Notes: generated by a model from the sequence alone, not told the origin. Counted from the first letter of the stretch, positions 1 to 9,059 are shown. The stretch is 64,000 nt of DNA from Acidobacteriota bacterium (GCA_963666055.2 CAXWPH010000007.1:32001-96000), one strand, 5' to 3'. A program made the numbers and translations.

Positions 1-586
1 CCTCGCGGGCGGTACGACGCAGGATGAAATCGCGGATCACGCCCTCCGCCGAGACAATGCGGCTGCTGTACTCGGACCCGAGGATACGCTCGAGCTTGAG
101 GTACTCGGAGTGGGAGATCCCGTCGGCGACAGCTTCCATCTCGGAGGTGTTGACGGCGATGGTCTGCGGATCGCGCTGCGCCACGAAGCGGGTGATCTCC
201 TCGTACACGCCGGGCTTGTGGTCATAGCCCGAAATCGCCAGGCCGAGCTCGAGCGAGCCGCGCACGTCGATCTTCTCGACCGCGCCGCCGCGGCCGAACA
301 CGGCGCGCTCGATGCCATCGCCGAGGTCGGTGAAGATCAAGTAGCCGGCCGTACGCCCGAACTGCAGCGCCATCGGATCGGGTACCCCTGGACGGGTGAC
401 GTGGATCCACATGTCGACGCCGTTGTCGCGCATGGCTCCAGGCAAGATGAGGTCGAGCTTGTCGTTCCTCATCAGGCGCAACGCCTCGGCATCCGTGTCG
501 GCCGTCCGCGCCGGTAACTGAGCGTTCGCGGTGGATACAGCCGTCAAGGCGACAACGACGAGCAGCATCAAGCGTGGCTTCATCAT
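1..586 (-). CDS. Secreted M24 (Xaa-Pro peptidase-like) family protein, N-terminal part; runs off the window edge
   Basis: Manual translation from ATG 586: MMKPRLMLLVVVALTAVSTANAQ (signal peptide), then RNDKLDLILPGAMRDNGVDMWIHV...RDPQTIAVN...ADGISHSEY...RIVSAE, typical of secreted M24 N-domains; no stop before position 1. Confidence 0.7.
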   Translation of the reverse strand, partial: MMKPRLMLLVVVALTAVSTANAQLPARTADTDAEALRLMRNDKLDLILPGAMRDNGVDMWIHVTRPGVPDPMALQFGRTAGYLIFTDLGDGIERAVFGRGGAVEKIDVRGSLELGLAISGYDHKPGVYEEITRFVAQRDPQTIAVNTSEMEAVADGISHSEYLKLERILGSEYSSRIVSAEGVIRDFILRRTARE

Positions 587-686
587 CTCTCCGTCAGCGT
601 CCGGGATCTCCGAACGATCGAGTCCGGGTTAGTGGCAAACAGTCGTTTTCTTTGACCTGCCCCAAGTGTTGAGGCCACTTCATAAC

Positions 687-1544
687 TCATAGAATCGGTG
701 CTGGCAAGAGGATGTTGAGGTCGGCGAAGCGGAGCGTAGCCGGCTTCAACAACATCGCTTCGGGTGCGGGCGGCCGATAGCCCAGCGAGCTGTGCGGTCG
801 CATGCGGTTGTACTGCTGTCTCCATCTCTCGATCAGAACCTTTGCCTCCTTGAGCGTGTAGAAGATCTCTCCATCTAGCAGTTCGTCTCTGAGCTTGCCG
901 TTGAAGCTCTCCACGTAGCCGTTCTCCCACGGCGAGCCCGGCTCGATGAACAGCGTCCCCACGCCGAGCCTACCGAGCCAGTCGCGAACCGCCTGGGCAG
1001 TGAACTCCGGTCCGTTATCCGACCGGATGTGCTCAGGTATGCCTCGGTGCACGAACAACCACCCGAGCCGCTCTAGCACGTCCTCACAGTTGAGCTTCCG
1101 CGCCACGTCGATCGCCAGGCTTTCTCGCGTGTACTCATCGACGATCGTCAGCAGCCTCATAGCTCGACCGTCGTGCCTCCAGTGGTGCAGGAAGTCGTAC
1201 GCCCTGACGTGATCTCGGTGCTGTGGAGGCAGCTGGATGCACGAGCCATCGTTGAGCCATAGCCGGGCTCGTTCGGGCTGCTTTCTCGGTACCTTCAGCC
1301 CTTCGCGCCGCCAGATACGCTGCACTCGTTTGTGGTTCACATACCAGCCCTCCATGCGCAGCAACGCTGTTACCCTCCGATACCCGTAGCGCCCGTACTG
1401 CCGGGCTAGATCCACGATCCGCTCCGTCAGCATCTGCTCCTGTTGCGGCCCTCTTGGCACGCACCTCTGCCTCGTGCGTGGTTGTTTCAGTACCCGACAT
1501 GCCCGCCTCTCCGATACGCTCACCTGCCCCCGCACGTGCGCCAC
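687..1544 (-). CDS. IS3 OrfB DDE transposase domain
   Basis: YGYRR, VNHKRV, AYDF, IVDEYTRE, RSDNGPEF, PGSPWENGYVESFNGKLRDE, RPHSSLGY motifs. Confidence 0.95.
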   Translation of the reverse strand: MAHVRGQVSVSERRACRVLKQPRTRQRCVPRGPQQEQMLTERIVDLARQYGRYGYRRVTALLRMEGWYVNHKRVQRIWRREGLKVPRKQPERARLWLNDGSCIQLPPQHRDHVRAYDFLHHWRHDGRAMRLLTIVDEYTRESLAIDVARKLNCEDVLERLGWLFVHRGIPEHIRSDNGPEFTAQAVRDWLGRLGVGTLFIEPGSPWENGYVESFNGKLRDELLDGEIFYTLKEAKVLIERWRQQYNRMRPHSSLGYRPPAPEAMLLKPATLRFADLNILLPAPIL

Positions 1545-1567
1545 CGCCTCGCGCCGGCGCGCCGGGC

Positions 1568-1846
1568 TCAGAAGTTTCCCGACGACACCTCTTTGAGGAT
1601 GGCGTTGTCGAGCATCGTCTCCGCCAGCAGCTTCTTGAGCCGCCCGTTCTCGCGCTCCAGCTCCTTGAGTCGCCGTGCCTGATCCACCCTCAGCCCGCCG
1701 TACTCCTTACGCCACCGGTAGTACGTGTTCTCGCTGATGCCCAGCTTCCGGCACGCCTGTGGCGTCTTGGCTCCTTGCGCCAGCTCGATCTCTGCCTCCC
1801 TGAGCTTGGCGATGATCTGCTCTACCGTGTATCGCTTCCGGGCCAT
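1568..1846 (-). CDS. IS3 OrfA (HTH + leucine zipper)
   Basis: RKRYTVEQII...CRKLGISENTYYRWRKEYGG...RLKELERENGRLKKLLAE...LDNAILKE. Confidence 0.95.
   Translation of the reverse strand: MARKRYTVEQIIAKLREAEIELAQGAKTPQACRKLGISENTYYRWRKEYGGLRVDQARRLKELERENGRLKKLLAETMLDNAILKEVSSGNF
1574..1580 (-). promoter_or_regulatory. Programmed -1 frameshift heptamer G-GGA-AAC joining orfA and orfB
   Basis: GGGAAAC at the end of orfA (..SGNF*), followed by GC-rich self-complementary CCCGGCGCGCCGG. Confidence 0.75.
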
Positions 1847-1923
1847 TTCTCCCCCTTCCCGAGCCTTCCTGAGTGCCTCAATTCCTAACTCTCAATCTGG
1901 CCCGATTATTGGGGGGCAGGTCA

Positions 1924-2320
1924 AACTCGATGATGCACCCGCGCGCGGGATCGGGAGCCGGAGCGCCAGCTCGAGGATCTGGTGCAAAGCTCCGGCAGCG
2001 GCGCTCGAGGGGCGGTCAGCGGATCGGCCACGGTGGTGGAGCCAGGCCTCGCGCGCCCGGACCTGCTCGAGCGTGAGGCGATCGCCAGCGTGCTTGCGCT
2101 CGTGGCAGTCCCGGCAGATCGGCTGGATGTTGTTGCGGTCCCAGAAGCGCTCCGGAGACAGGTGCACAGGCTCGATGTGGTCGATGTGCTCGGCGGCCGA
2201 CTGTGAAGCCCGCTTCGCCGCAGGGACGGCACAACGGCTCGTCTCGGAGGATTCCGGTGCGCCACCGTCGATAGCGGCGGCTCCAGCGCCAACGCCGGAT
2301 GACTTCGGAATCTATTGTCG
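1924..2320 (-). pseudogene. Phage gp74-like HNH endonuclease, frameshifted near 2197, C-terminus running into IS3
   Basis: RRWRTGILRDEPLCRPC in one frame, then AAEHIDHIEPV..RFWDRNNIQPICRDCHERKH in the next (CxxC..DH..N..CxxCH..H); start unclear. Confidence 0.8.
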
Positions 2321-2881
2321 CTTCGATTATGCGGCAAACCGTTTTGCTTACAAATGTCAGGGCACTGAGCGGTATCCGCGTGAGGGCCCTCGTTTACTTT
2401 CGGAGCCCCCCTAAGTCATTGTTGAAAATGGGGTTATTGTGGTCTCGTACCACGTGTACTACGTGCGCTCGTTTTGGACATAAAACGCACGAGAGCACAT
2501 AGCGTGTGCGCATGATGAGTGCGCTCAAACCACGTCGAGGGGCCTCGCCCAACGGGTGCGGTCACACGTCGAACACGTTTGACGGTCACACGGGGGAGCC
2601 TCGAGCTCGTGTCATGGGCCCGTACGTGGGCGGAGATCTCGAGCTCGCCTGTGGTGTTGCGGTTACGCGTCGATCACGATGACCGGCAGTCACCCCACAT
2701 ACGCTCGGGTTTGATCCACCCTCAGACTCGCCCACAACGCGCCGCGTTCACCACGTGGAGCGGGCACGCGTCGTGTGCCAATCGCAGAAATCCGACACCC
2801 GATAGTCCGGTGGCAGCCGATAGACCTCGCGCCAGGACGACGCAAGGCTCGCGATCGGAGAGTGGAAGCATGGTTTCTCGC

Positions 2882-4045
2882 TCACGCCTTGACCTTCCGG
2901 ATCGTCTTTCGTTTCGCCGCCCGTTTACGACTACGCCCGACCCGAACACCCGACCGCTTCGCGTTCCGTTTCACCCGGCGTTTCGACCGTGCACGCGATG
3001 AGGTCTTTTCGGTCACCAGCGGATCGTCGTTGCCGTCGGCGAGTTCCTCGAGCACTTGCCGGATCAGCGCGTCGAGCGCGCCCGTCGTCTTGGCGTCGAT
3101 GTCCAGCATCGACGGAATCGCCACCAGCTTCGTCCGCACCGCTGCCGCGTGTCCGCTCCACTCCGCTATCACTTCGTCCTTCGCGACGAGGTCCCCGGCC
3201 CGAACCTTGAGCGTCTGCTCGGCAAGATGCCTCTGCGCCCGCTCCTTGAGCGCCCGCTCACGCACCGCGTCGAAAAACTCGCCCGGCTGCATCGTCTCGT
3301 CTCGCGCCGCGAGCCACGCCTCTACGTCCTCGAGCCTGTAACCATGTGGTGCCCCACGAGCCCCACGCCGCGCCACTGGCATCCCTGCATCGACGAGCTT
3401 GTTGATTTGCTTGGCACTCCGCCCGATCGCCGCCGCGAGCTCCGCGCGCCGCATCAACTTCTCGACGCCGAGAATCTCGTCGGTATGTGCACGCCCCAGG
3501 AAAGAGCCACCCTCGAACGCCTCGCCCGGCCGTTGCAGCTCCCACAGCTCTTCCACCGCCACGAGGTACTGGCCGGGCAGATCACCACCGGCAAAGAGGG
3601 TGAAATTCTCGAGGCGTTTGTTGGCGTTCAGGTTCGCCGAAGTTGTATAGAGCACGTCGATCTTTCCGCTGAGCACGAGCACAAACTTCGCGTGACTGTT
3701 CCAAACCCGCAGCGCTTGATCGCCGAACAAGTGGCGGGCGCGGCCACAGTAGCGCGGCTGCCTTGACTCAAACGACCGGTCGACGAGCAGACGGAGCGTC
3801 TTGATCCGCCCGTCCTGCAGCAGCCCCTCCGCCCGCTCGATATCCGCGTTCGCCGCGGTCCAAGTCGACACCGTGACGTCGCTCGGGCCGCACCGGTCGA
3901 GCAGCTCTTCGATACCGTCGATCAGCGACCACGTACCGTCAGAGAGGCCATGGATCGAGCAACCGTCCGCGAGCCCTTCGAAGGCTTCCGACGGGCCTTT
4001 GCTGTTGCGACCGACCCACGCCGTACGCGCTGGCCGGCTCACCAC
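2882..4045 (-). CDS. PLD-like (HxK) nuclease domain fused to a Nu1-like terminase small subunit
   Basis: N-half has SHAKFVLV..YTTSANLN..RLENF. C-half from M at 3454 has a wHTH RAELAAAIGRSAKQINKLVDAGMPV..GYRLEDVEAWL, a coiled coil ERALKERAQRHLAEQ..GDLVAKDEV..VRTKLVAIP and a basic tail. Confidence 0.7.
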   Translation of the reverse strand: MVSRPARTAWVGRNSKGPSEAFEGLADGCSIHGLSDGTWSLIDGIEELLDRCGPSDVTVSTWTAANADIERAEGLLQDGRIKTLRLLVDRSFESRQPRYCGRARHLFGDQALRVWNSHAKFVLVLSGKIDVLYTTSANLNANKRLENFTLFAGGDLPGQYLVAVEELWELQRPGEAFEGGSFLGRAHTDEILGVEKLMRRAELAAAIGRSAKQINKLVDAGMPVARRGARGAPHGYRLEDVEAWLAARDETMQPGEFFDAVRERALKERAQRHLAEQTLKVRAGDLVAKDEVIAEWSGHAAAVRTKLVAIPSMLDIDAKTTGALDALIRQVLEELADGNDDPLVTEKTSSRARSKRRVKRNAKRSGVRVGRSRKRAAKRKTIRKVKA

Positions 4046-4569
4046 TTCGCGAACTCCTTACGTAGCTCGCCCAACAACTCCCGCGTGACGTGGCCGCGCC
4101 GAGCCTGGACGCAACGGAGCGAGCCCCCATCGAGACCCCGGGAACGAATTCTCTCGTCCCGTTCAGCCGAAAGCGTCTGTCCCCAAATGTGTCGAGAGAC
4201 AATGTTCAGGTCGCACAACGACACCCCAAGACGGCGCGCCGCTTTCGCCTCTGTTTCGCCAGAAGCATCGACCTTACGACGCACAGACATTTCACCATCG
4301 GTCATCGCATAAAGGAAATCTCTAGCTCCATCGGTCATAGGTACGAGAGTAACCGGGAACGGCCCATCCTCGAATTGAATCAGGTACAGGAACTCCCGGA
4401 GGGATACTTGACGCGCGCCGCGCTCAATGGCGTGGACGGTCGACCGCGCCCAAGACAGGCCCGCTCTTTGCGTCATGTTGGCGACGTCATACTGGCGAAG
4501 GTTGGACGCCCTTCGCCACTCTTTCATGCGCTCCGCGACAACGCCGACGTCCGCTTGACCTTTAGACAA
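4039..4569 (-). CDS. XRE-family helix-turn-helix regulator
   Basis: VAERMKEWRRASNLRQYDVANM..GLSWARSTVHAIERGARQVSLREF; stop overlaps the next start (GTGA). Confidence 0.8.
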   Translation of the reverse strand: MSKGQADVGVVAERMKEWRRASNLRQYDVANMTQRAGLSWARSTVHAIERGARQVSLREFLYLIQFEDGPFPVTLVPMTDGARDFLYAMTDGEMSVRRKVDASGETEAKAARRLGVSLCDLNIVSRHIWGQTLSAERDERIRSRGLDGGSLRCVQARRGHVTRELLGELRKEFAKW

Positions 4570-4705
4570 CCCTTAACCCCCTAGGGGCGCACAAAAAACT
4601 TACGTTATTCTGCGCCGATAACACCCGTTAACGGAAAGCCCCGGAAGAACCTACAGCCCCCCCTCACCGGGCGCCGCTTCACCCTAGCGATCCTCTAGTT
4701 CTTCG

Positions 4706-5164
4706 TCATCCGCAGCTCTCATCGCACGCCATTGCTCGCACTTCGTCTGCGTGAGCGGCGCTCACGATCCACTCCGCGGCGGTCAGCGTCTCGAGGTCCC
4801 GGCCCCACCATTGCCGGAGATTCTCGAGTGCCTTGTCCTCTGGCCAGCGCTCACCGTCGAAGTCCGCCACCAGGGCCACAGCACCGAAGAACTCCTGCCG
4901 TGAGCGGTCCAGCCCGTACAACTCCGCAAACTCGTAATCCACCGGAAGAGGGCGCTGTCGCACGGTTGTCGCAGTGATGGGCGCGGCCGTCGTACCCTCC
5001 TGTCGCACGGTTGTCGCAGGATTCGTCGCAGGCTCGGGGACAGCGGAATTCCGCTGCAACACCCGTAGTGCCGCCTCTTTCGCCCTCACGCCGCTGTTTC
5101 CCTTGTCGCAGGGTTGTCGCATCGCTTGTCGCACCGACACGCACCGTCTGTCGCACAGTCGCAC
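4706..5164 (-). CDS. Hypothetical protein; 5' half overlaps the iteron array, so the true start is uncertain
   Basis: ORF in the element's orientation; only the C-terminal ~75 aa look protein-like. Confidence 0.3.
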   Translation of the reverse strand: MRLCDRRCVSVRQAMRQPCDKGNSGVRAKEAALRVLQRNSAVPEPATNPATTVRQEGTTAAPITATTVRQRPLPVDYEFAELYGLDRSRQEFFGAVALVADFDGERWPEDKALENLRQWWGRDLETLTAAEWIVSAAHADEVRAMACDESCG

Positions 5165-5191
5165 CCCCCTAAGGGGGTGCCGACTGCGACA
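4956..5191. repeat. TGTCGCA iteron-like array plus palindrome (putative replication origin)
   Basis: TGTCGCA at 4956, 4967, 5001, 5012, 5104, 5115, 5127 and 5149 (near copies at 5024 and 5157; inverted copy at 5185), mostly 11-12 bp apart; GCACCCCC-ctaa-GGGGGTGC at 5161-5180; directly downstream of the helicase. Confidence 0.75.
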
Positions 5192-5215
5192 CGTGCAACG
5201 GCGCGACGGAATGCC

Positions 5216-6598
5216 CTATTCCTCATCGAAGCTTCCCTCGGCGATCGCTGCGTTCCGGTGCCGGTACACGGTCGATCGATGGATACCCAGCTCAGATGCC
5301 ACAGCGTCCGGAGGCATACCAGCTTCCAGGAGGTCGACGACTCGGTGTCGGGTCCGGCCCTCGACGATCCAGGTCGCGCAGCCGTTCTCGTCAGTCGCGA
5401 GTTGCGCTTCGAATGGGGCCACGTCAGCACCAATGAGTCCCCGAGCTTTCTCGAAGCGAACCTCGAACCGGGCGCCATTCTCAGCCCGGTACTCGCCCGG
5501 GCGCTGCAGCTTTATCACCGTGTCGAGGACATCCTCCCGGCGAGAGGTACCGCGCTGAGCACCGCTCTTGCCGGCGTGGTGCACGAGGAGGACAGCGACT
5601 CCTCGCCTCCTCAACCCCAGTAGAAGGTCCTGAGCGGGTCCCCATGCTTCGGCCTCGTTCTCCGGACCGGCTCCGAACAGCGTGGAAATATTGTCGAAGA
5701 CCACGAGCTTGGCGTCCCCAAGGATCGCGTCGAGGAGGCGCTTCCCCTCCGGGCTATCGAGCGCAGGCACCGGGACCTCCTGGGCGTCCGCGGCGAGGAT
5801 TCGAAAGGGGATTTCTGAGGTGTCGAGGTCCGGGTCTAGCCCGGCGAGTAGCGAGCTCGTTCGCGACTGGAGGGTCTCCACGGGCATCTCACCATCCACG
5901 AAAAGAACGGGCGCCCTGGCAGGCGCCTCCCAGCCCAAGGCCGACGTCCCCGTAGCGACACCGAGCGCGATACTGAGCGCGACCCACGTCTTGCCGTCCC
6001 CGCGATTCGCGTACAGCATCGCCAGGTCTTTCTCGTTGAACCAAGGCGACAGGAGGGGTTGGCGTGGGGGCAGACGAAGTTCGAGATATTCTGCGAGTTC
6101 ATATACTCGGACCCGTTCCGCGGCACGGCCCGCACCGTTTGCGATCGCCGCGATGGCCTGCTGGGCTCCCACGAGGACTACCTCGGGATCCGCGCCCGGG
6201 TCCATCGCCATGTTGCGGATAGTCTCTGCCTCGGCGATGGCGTCGCGCAGGATCGCTTTGTCCTTGATGGTCCTGGCGTACTGCTCGACGTTGGCCGCCA
6301 CTGGGATACCGTCGATGAGGCCGGAGATGTACGCCGCGCCGCCGACGCGCTCGAGCGCGTCGCGGCGGGTCAGCTCCTCGCGCAGGGTCACTGTATCGAT
6401 GGCCTCGGAGCGCTCCGTCAGCCCCGTCATCGCCTCGAAGGTCAGCCGATTGGCATCGTTGAAGAAGTCATCCGGCGATAGGATCTGCGCCGCGGCGATC
6501 AACGCCTGGTTGTCCAGCAGCACGGCGCCGAGGATCGCGCGCTCGGTCTGGGTGGCCGCGGGCAGGGCTCGCTCCGCCATCGCGGGCGCTGCGCTCAC
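5216..6598 (-). CDS. Replication protein: DnaB N-terminal domain + AAA_25/RepA-like SF4 helicase + C-terminal HTH
   Basis: ERAILGAVLLDN..LSPDDFF..IDTVTL..VGGAAYISGL..ANVEQYARTIKDKAILR (DnaB-N); Walker A ANRGDGKT, Walker B VVFDN, LVHHAGK, RGTSRRED; HTH VASELGIHRSTVYRH; GTG 6598 coupled to the xis stop (alternative ATG 6580). Confidence 0.85.
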   Translation of the reverse strand: MSAAPAMAERALPAATQTERAILGAVLLDNQALIAAAQILSPDDFFNDANRLTFEAMTGLTERSEAIDTVTLREELTRRDALERVGGAAYISGLIDGIPVAANVEQYARTIKDKAILRDAIAEAETIRNMAMDPGADPEVVLVGAQQAIAAIANGAGRAAERVRVYELAEYLELRLPPRQPLLSPWFNEKDLAMLYANRGDGKTWVALSIALGVATGTSALGWEAPARAPVLFVDGEMPVETLQSRTSSLLAGLDPDLDTSEIPFRILAADAQEVPVPALDSPEGKRLLDAILGDAKLVVFDNISTLFGAGPENEAEAWGPAQDLLLGLRRRGVAVLLVHHAGKSGAQRGTSRREDVLDTVIKLQRPGEYRAENGARFEVRFEKARGLIGADVAPFEAQLATDENGCATWIVEGRTRHRVVDLLEAGMPPDAVASELGIHRSTVYRHRNAAIAEGSFDEE

Positions 6599-6795
6599 GC
6601 CGCGGCCTCGCGTCGAGCCAACCATTCCTCCAGCGCGACGCGACGCACCAACCGGCGACGGCCGATTCTCAATGTTGCTGGCCCCTGCCCCTCCCGGATT
6701 AGCTGCCAAAGAGTCGCCCGGCCGATACCGATCAGGCGCGCGGTCTCCTCAACGCTGTACGCTGCGCGATCGCCCGCTTTAGTCGTCCCTGCCAT
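6595..6795 (-). CDS. Excisionase/AlpA-like HTH protein (66 aa)
   Basis: AYSVEETARLIGIGRATLWQLIREG..TLRIGRRRLVRRVALEEWL; GGGGGAG upstream of the ATG. Confidence 0.85.
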   Translation of the reverse strand: MAGTTKAGDRAAYSVEETARLIGIGRATLWQLIREGQGPATLRIGRRRLVRRVALEEWLARREAAA

Positions 6796-6928
6796 GCTCC
6801 CCCCATCCGCCTGTGTCCGTGGAGCACCGTGTGGCGCTACCTTCGAATACGTAGAGCACGCAACCGGTATGCGTTTTGTCACACGAGCTGTGGGTCGCCT
6901 CGGCGGGAAACCGCGAGGACGGCGGCCG

Positions 6929-7768
6929 TTACTGAGGGCGAGAGCGGTACGCCCGTTGCCGGCAGGTTCGGGGCCGGTCGCAGTATTTGCGGAGCCTACC
7001 GGTGGCAGACGACGTTGGTAGGAATCGACCGCACGCGGGGCACCGCCCCTGAACGCGGCGGCGCCCGCCAAGGTTCCGCGCACAGATCTGCCGCTCTACC
7101 GACCGGAACTCACGGTCGAGGCGATCATCTCCACGCGGATAGTCTAAATCCATCGCGGCCACAGCCACCAACTGCCACCGTCGGTCCGCAGGAGAACCAG
7201 GCTCCGCGCTGAGGTCTCCGAGCAGGTCGGTGGGCGCGAGCCCCCGCATCGCGTCTCGGATACGCCGTTGCCGGTCCGGGCTGAGTTGCAGAACGCTCCG
7301 CCGTTTCACCGCGTCGCGCGCCTCCACGAAACGCTCCGCCTCCTGTCGAAGATCCGTCATTCGACGCTCGACCTGGTCTGGGGATATCTCCAGACGCTCG
7401 GCAGTGACAGCGACGGTGAAGCCCCGCAGACGACAATCTATGATCTCCCAATCGCGCGGGTCCCGGAGCCGGTCCAGGTAGGCCTCCCGCGCCTCCCACA
7501 GCGCCCGTAGCGGTTCTGCTGGAGGAGGCTCAGGCAACGAGGCTCCTGCCGACGCTCCTTCAAGGTAGTATTGAGCGGGCCCCGCATGCACCTCCGCCAG
7601 TCCGTCGCGCTGCAGACGGCGCTCCAACTCGGCACACTCGCTACAGCGTTCGGCGAGAGAGTGCCTCTCAACGCTCGTCGCTGCTGGAAACGCCGCAAGT
7701 GCGGCTTCGCGACCCAGCGCGGTTCGCTGGCAACCGCGGATCTCGCAACGCGAGCCGTTTGCCGTCAC
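6929..7768 (-). CDS. Putative regulator: Cys motifs flanking a sigma-region-4-like HTH
   Basis: GTG overlaps the integrase stop; CEIRGC..CSEC; DPRDWEIIDCRLRGFTVAVTAERLEISPDQVERRM; CPACG..GRLRKYC..CRQRAYR. Confidence 0.6.
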   Translation of the reverse strand: MTANGSRCEIRGCQRTALGREAALAAFPAATSVERHSLAERCSECAELERRLQRDGLAEVHAGPAQYYLEGASAGASLPEPPPAEPLRALWEAREAYLDRLRDPRDWEIIDCRLRGFTVAVTAERLEISPDQVERRMTDLRQEAERFVEARDAVKRRSVLQLSPDRQRRIRDAMRGLAPTDLLGDLSAEPGSPADRRWQLVAVAAMDLDYPRGDDRLDREFRSVERQICARNLGGRRRVQGRCPACGRFLPTSSATGRLRKYCDRPRTCRQRAYRSRPQ

Positions 7769-9042
7769 GGTTGCCGGTTCTCCTTGAGACGCCGCACCTT
7801 GGCCCGGCGTCCCACGTCGAGCTTCGGCGCGAATTTGCGTGCCCGTTCCGCCCGCCACGTGTCGGCGAGGTGTCCGTAGTGCTTCTCCACCATCCGCGTG
7901 GTCGTGTGGCCGAGCTGGGCGGCTAGGTCCGGCAAACCACCGCCGGCCATCAGATAGAGGCTCGCGTAGGTGTGTCGAAGCTCGTGGAAGACAATCCTTG
8001 GTTTGATCGTCGCGTTCTTACACGCTTCCCGCATGCGCCGTTGCTGAGTATTCGGATACCACTCCGAGCCGTCGGAGTGAGTGAAGATGCGACCCTCCGC
8101 GACGCGACCTGCCGTCAACTCGTCGAACGCCGCAACTCCCTCTTCGTTGAGGTAAATACGACGCGGGTTGCCGCTCTTGGCCTTCGCAATGAAGACAGTG
8201 CCTGTCTCCGGGTCGAAGTCCCGAGCCTCAAGTGACGTAAGCTCCGCAAATCGAGCGCCGGTATGTAATGCGCCCCTGACCAAGACCCGTAGATCGCGCT
8301 CACACGCATTCAGCAGTCGACGGATCTCCTCATGATCCAGGTATCGCGTTCGACTCGCCTCGACTTGTCGAAACGGCTCGACGCGGCGCCAGACGTCATC
8401 GCTCGCGACGAGACCATCCTTGTATGCCCGGGTGAGAGCGGCCTTGAGTACGGCCAGTACGCGGTTCGCCGTGGACTTTCGCGCCCGGCGGTCGTTCTTG
8501 GTGACGGCCTTGCGCTGATTCTTGGGCTCGCCGGGTCGGGACCGTAGATGCGCTGGCTTCTCCGCGAGCGCCTGGTGCCAGCGTCGAAGGCGGTCAGTGG
8601 TCAGGTCGGCGAGCGGCATATGACCGAGTTCGGGGAGTACGTGCGCCTCCAGGCTACAACTGACGCGATACCAGCTCCGCCGATGCTCTTTGTACCAATC
8701 CATGTAACGGGTAACGGCGCCGGCCACCGTGACAGGGCCTCCCTTGAGTACACCCAGGTCGTCATCGGGGGTCCACGCAACCGCGAGCTCGTGGGCTCGC
8801 GCATAATTCAGCACGTCCACGCCGTCAGCTACCGCGTGGGGCAGGTCGTCGGCGGCCCCCAGCGCTTTCCATCTATACGGAGACGCTCCCCGGGCCTTTC
8901 CCACATAGGCGCGGACGTACCACGTGCCGGGGCCATCCTCGGTCCGGCGGTAACCAAGCGCGCGACCACGAGCTACCCGCACCCAGTGTGGGCCATGCTG
9001 GCTCGGCAATCGTCGCCGAACCGTTCGCGTGGTGAGATCCAC
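7765..9042 (-). CDS. Tyrosine integrase
   Basis: Catalytic set TGAR, KAKSG, FHELRHTYAS, LGH, HYGH; start at GTG 9042 after GGAGGGG (track ORF begins 9117). Confidence 0.95.
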   Translation of the reverse strand: MDLTTRTVRRRLPSQHGPHWVRVARGRALGYRRTEDGPGTWYVRAYVGKARGASPYRWKALGAADDLPHAVADGVDVLNYARAHELAVAWTPDDDLGVLKGGPVTVAGAVTRYMDWYKEHRRSWYRVSCSLEAHVLPELGHMPLADLTTDRLRRWHQALAEKPAHLRSRPGEPKNQRKAVTKNDRRARKSTANRVLAVLKAALTRAYKDGLVASDDVWRRVEPFRQVEASRTRYLDHEEIRRLLNACERDLRVLVRGALHTGARFAELTSLEARDFDPETGTVFIAKAKSGNPRRIYLNEEGVAAFDELTAGRVAEGRIFTHSDGSEWYPNTQQRRMREACKNATIKPRIVFHELRHTYASLYLMAGGGLPDLAAQLGHTTTRMVEKHYGHLADTWRAERARKFAPKLDVGRRAKVRRLKENRQP

Positions 9043-9059
9043 GCCCCCTCCATTTGAGT

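Larger units (their letters stand above)
653..1923 (-). mobile_element. IS3-family insertion sequence (~1.27 kb)
   Basis: TG...CA ends with imperfect IRs TGACCTGCCCCAAGTGTTGAGGCCA (653) and TGACCTGCCCCCCAATAATCGGGCCA (revcomp, ends 1923); orfA + orfB DDE; no clear target duplication. Confidence 0.95.

Noticed and set aside
645-1930. Target-site duplication around IS3
   Set aside because: The flanks (TTTCTT and AACTCG) share no 3-4-bp direct repeat.
5682-6782. Long antisense or alternative-frame ORFs (also 12433-13434, 29564-30934, 50671-51642 and others)
   Set aside because: Shadow ORFs expected in high-GC DNA opposite well-supported genes; no motifs.
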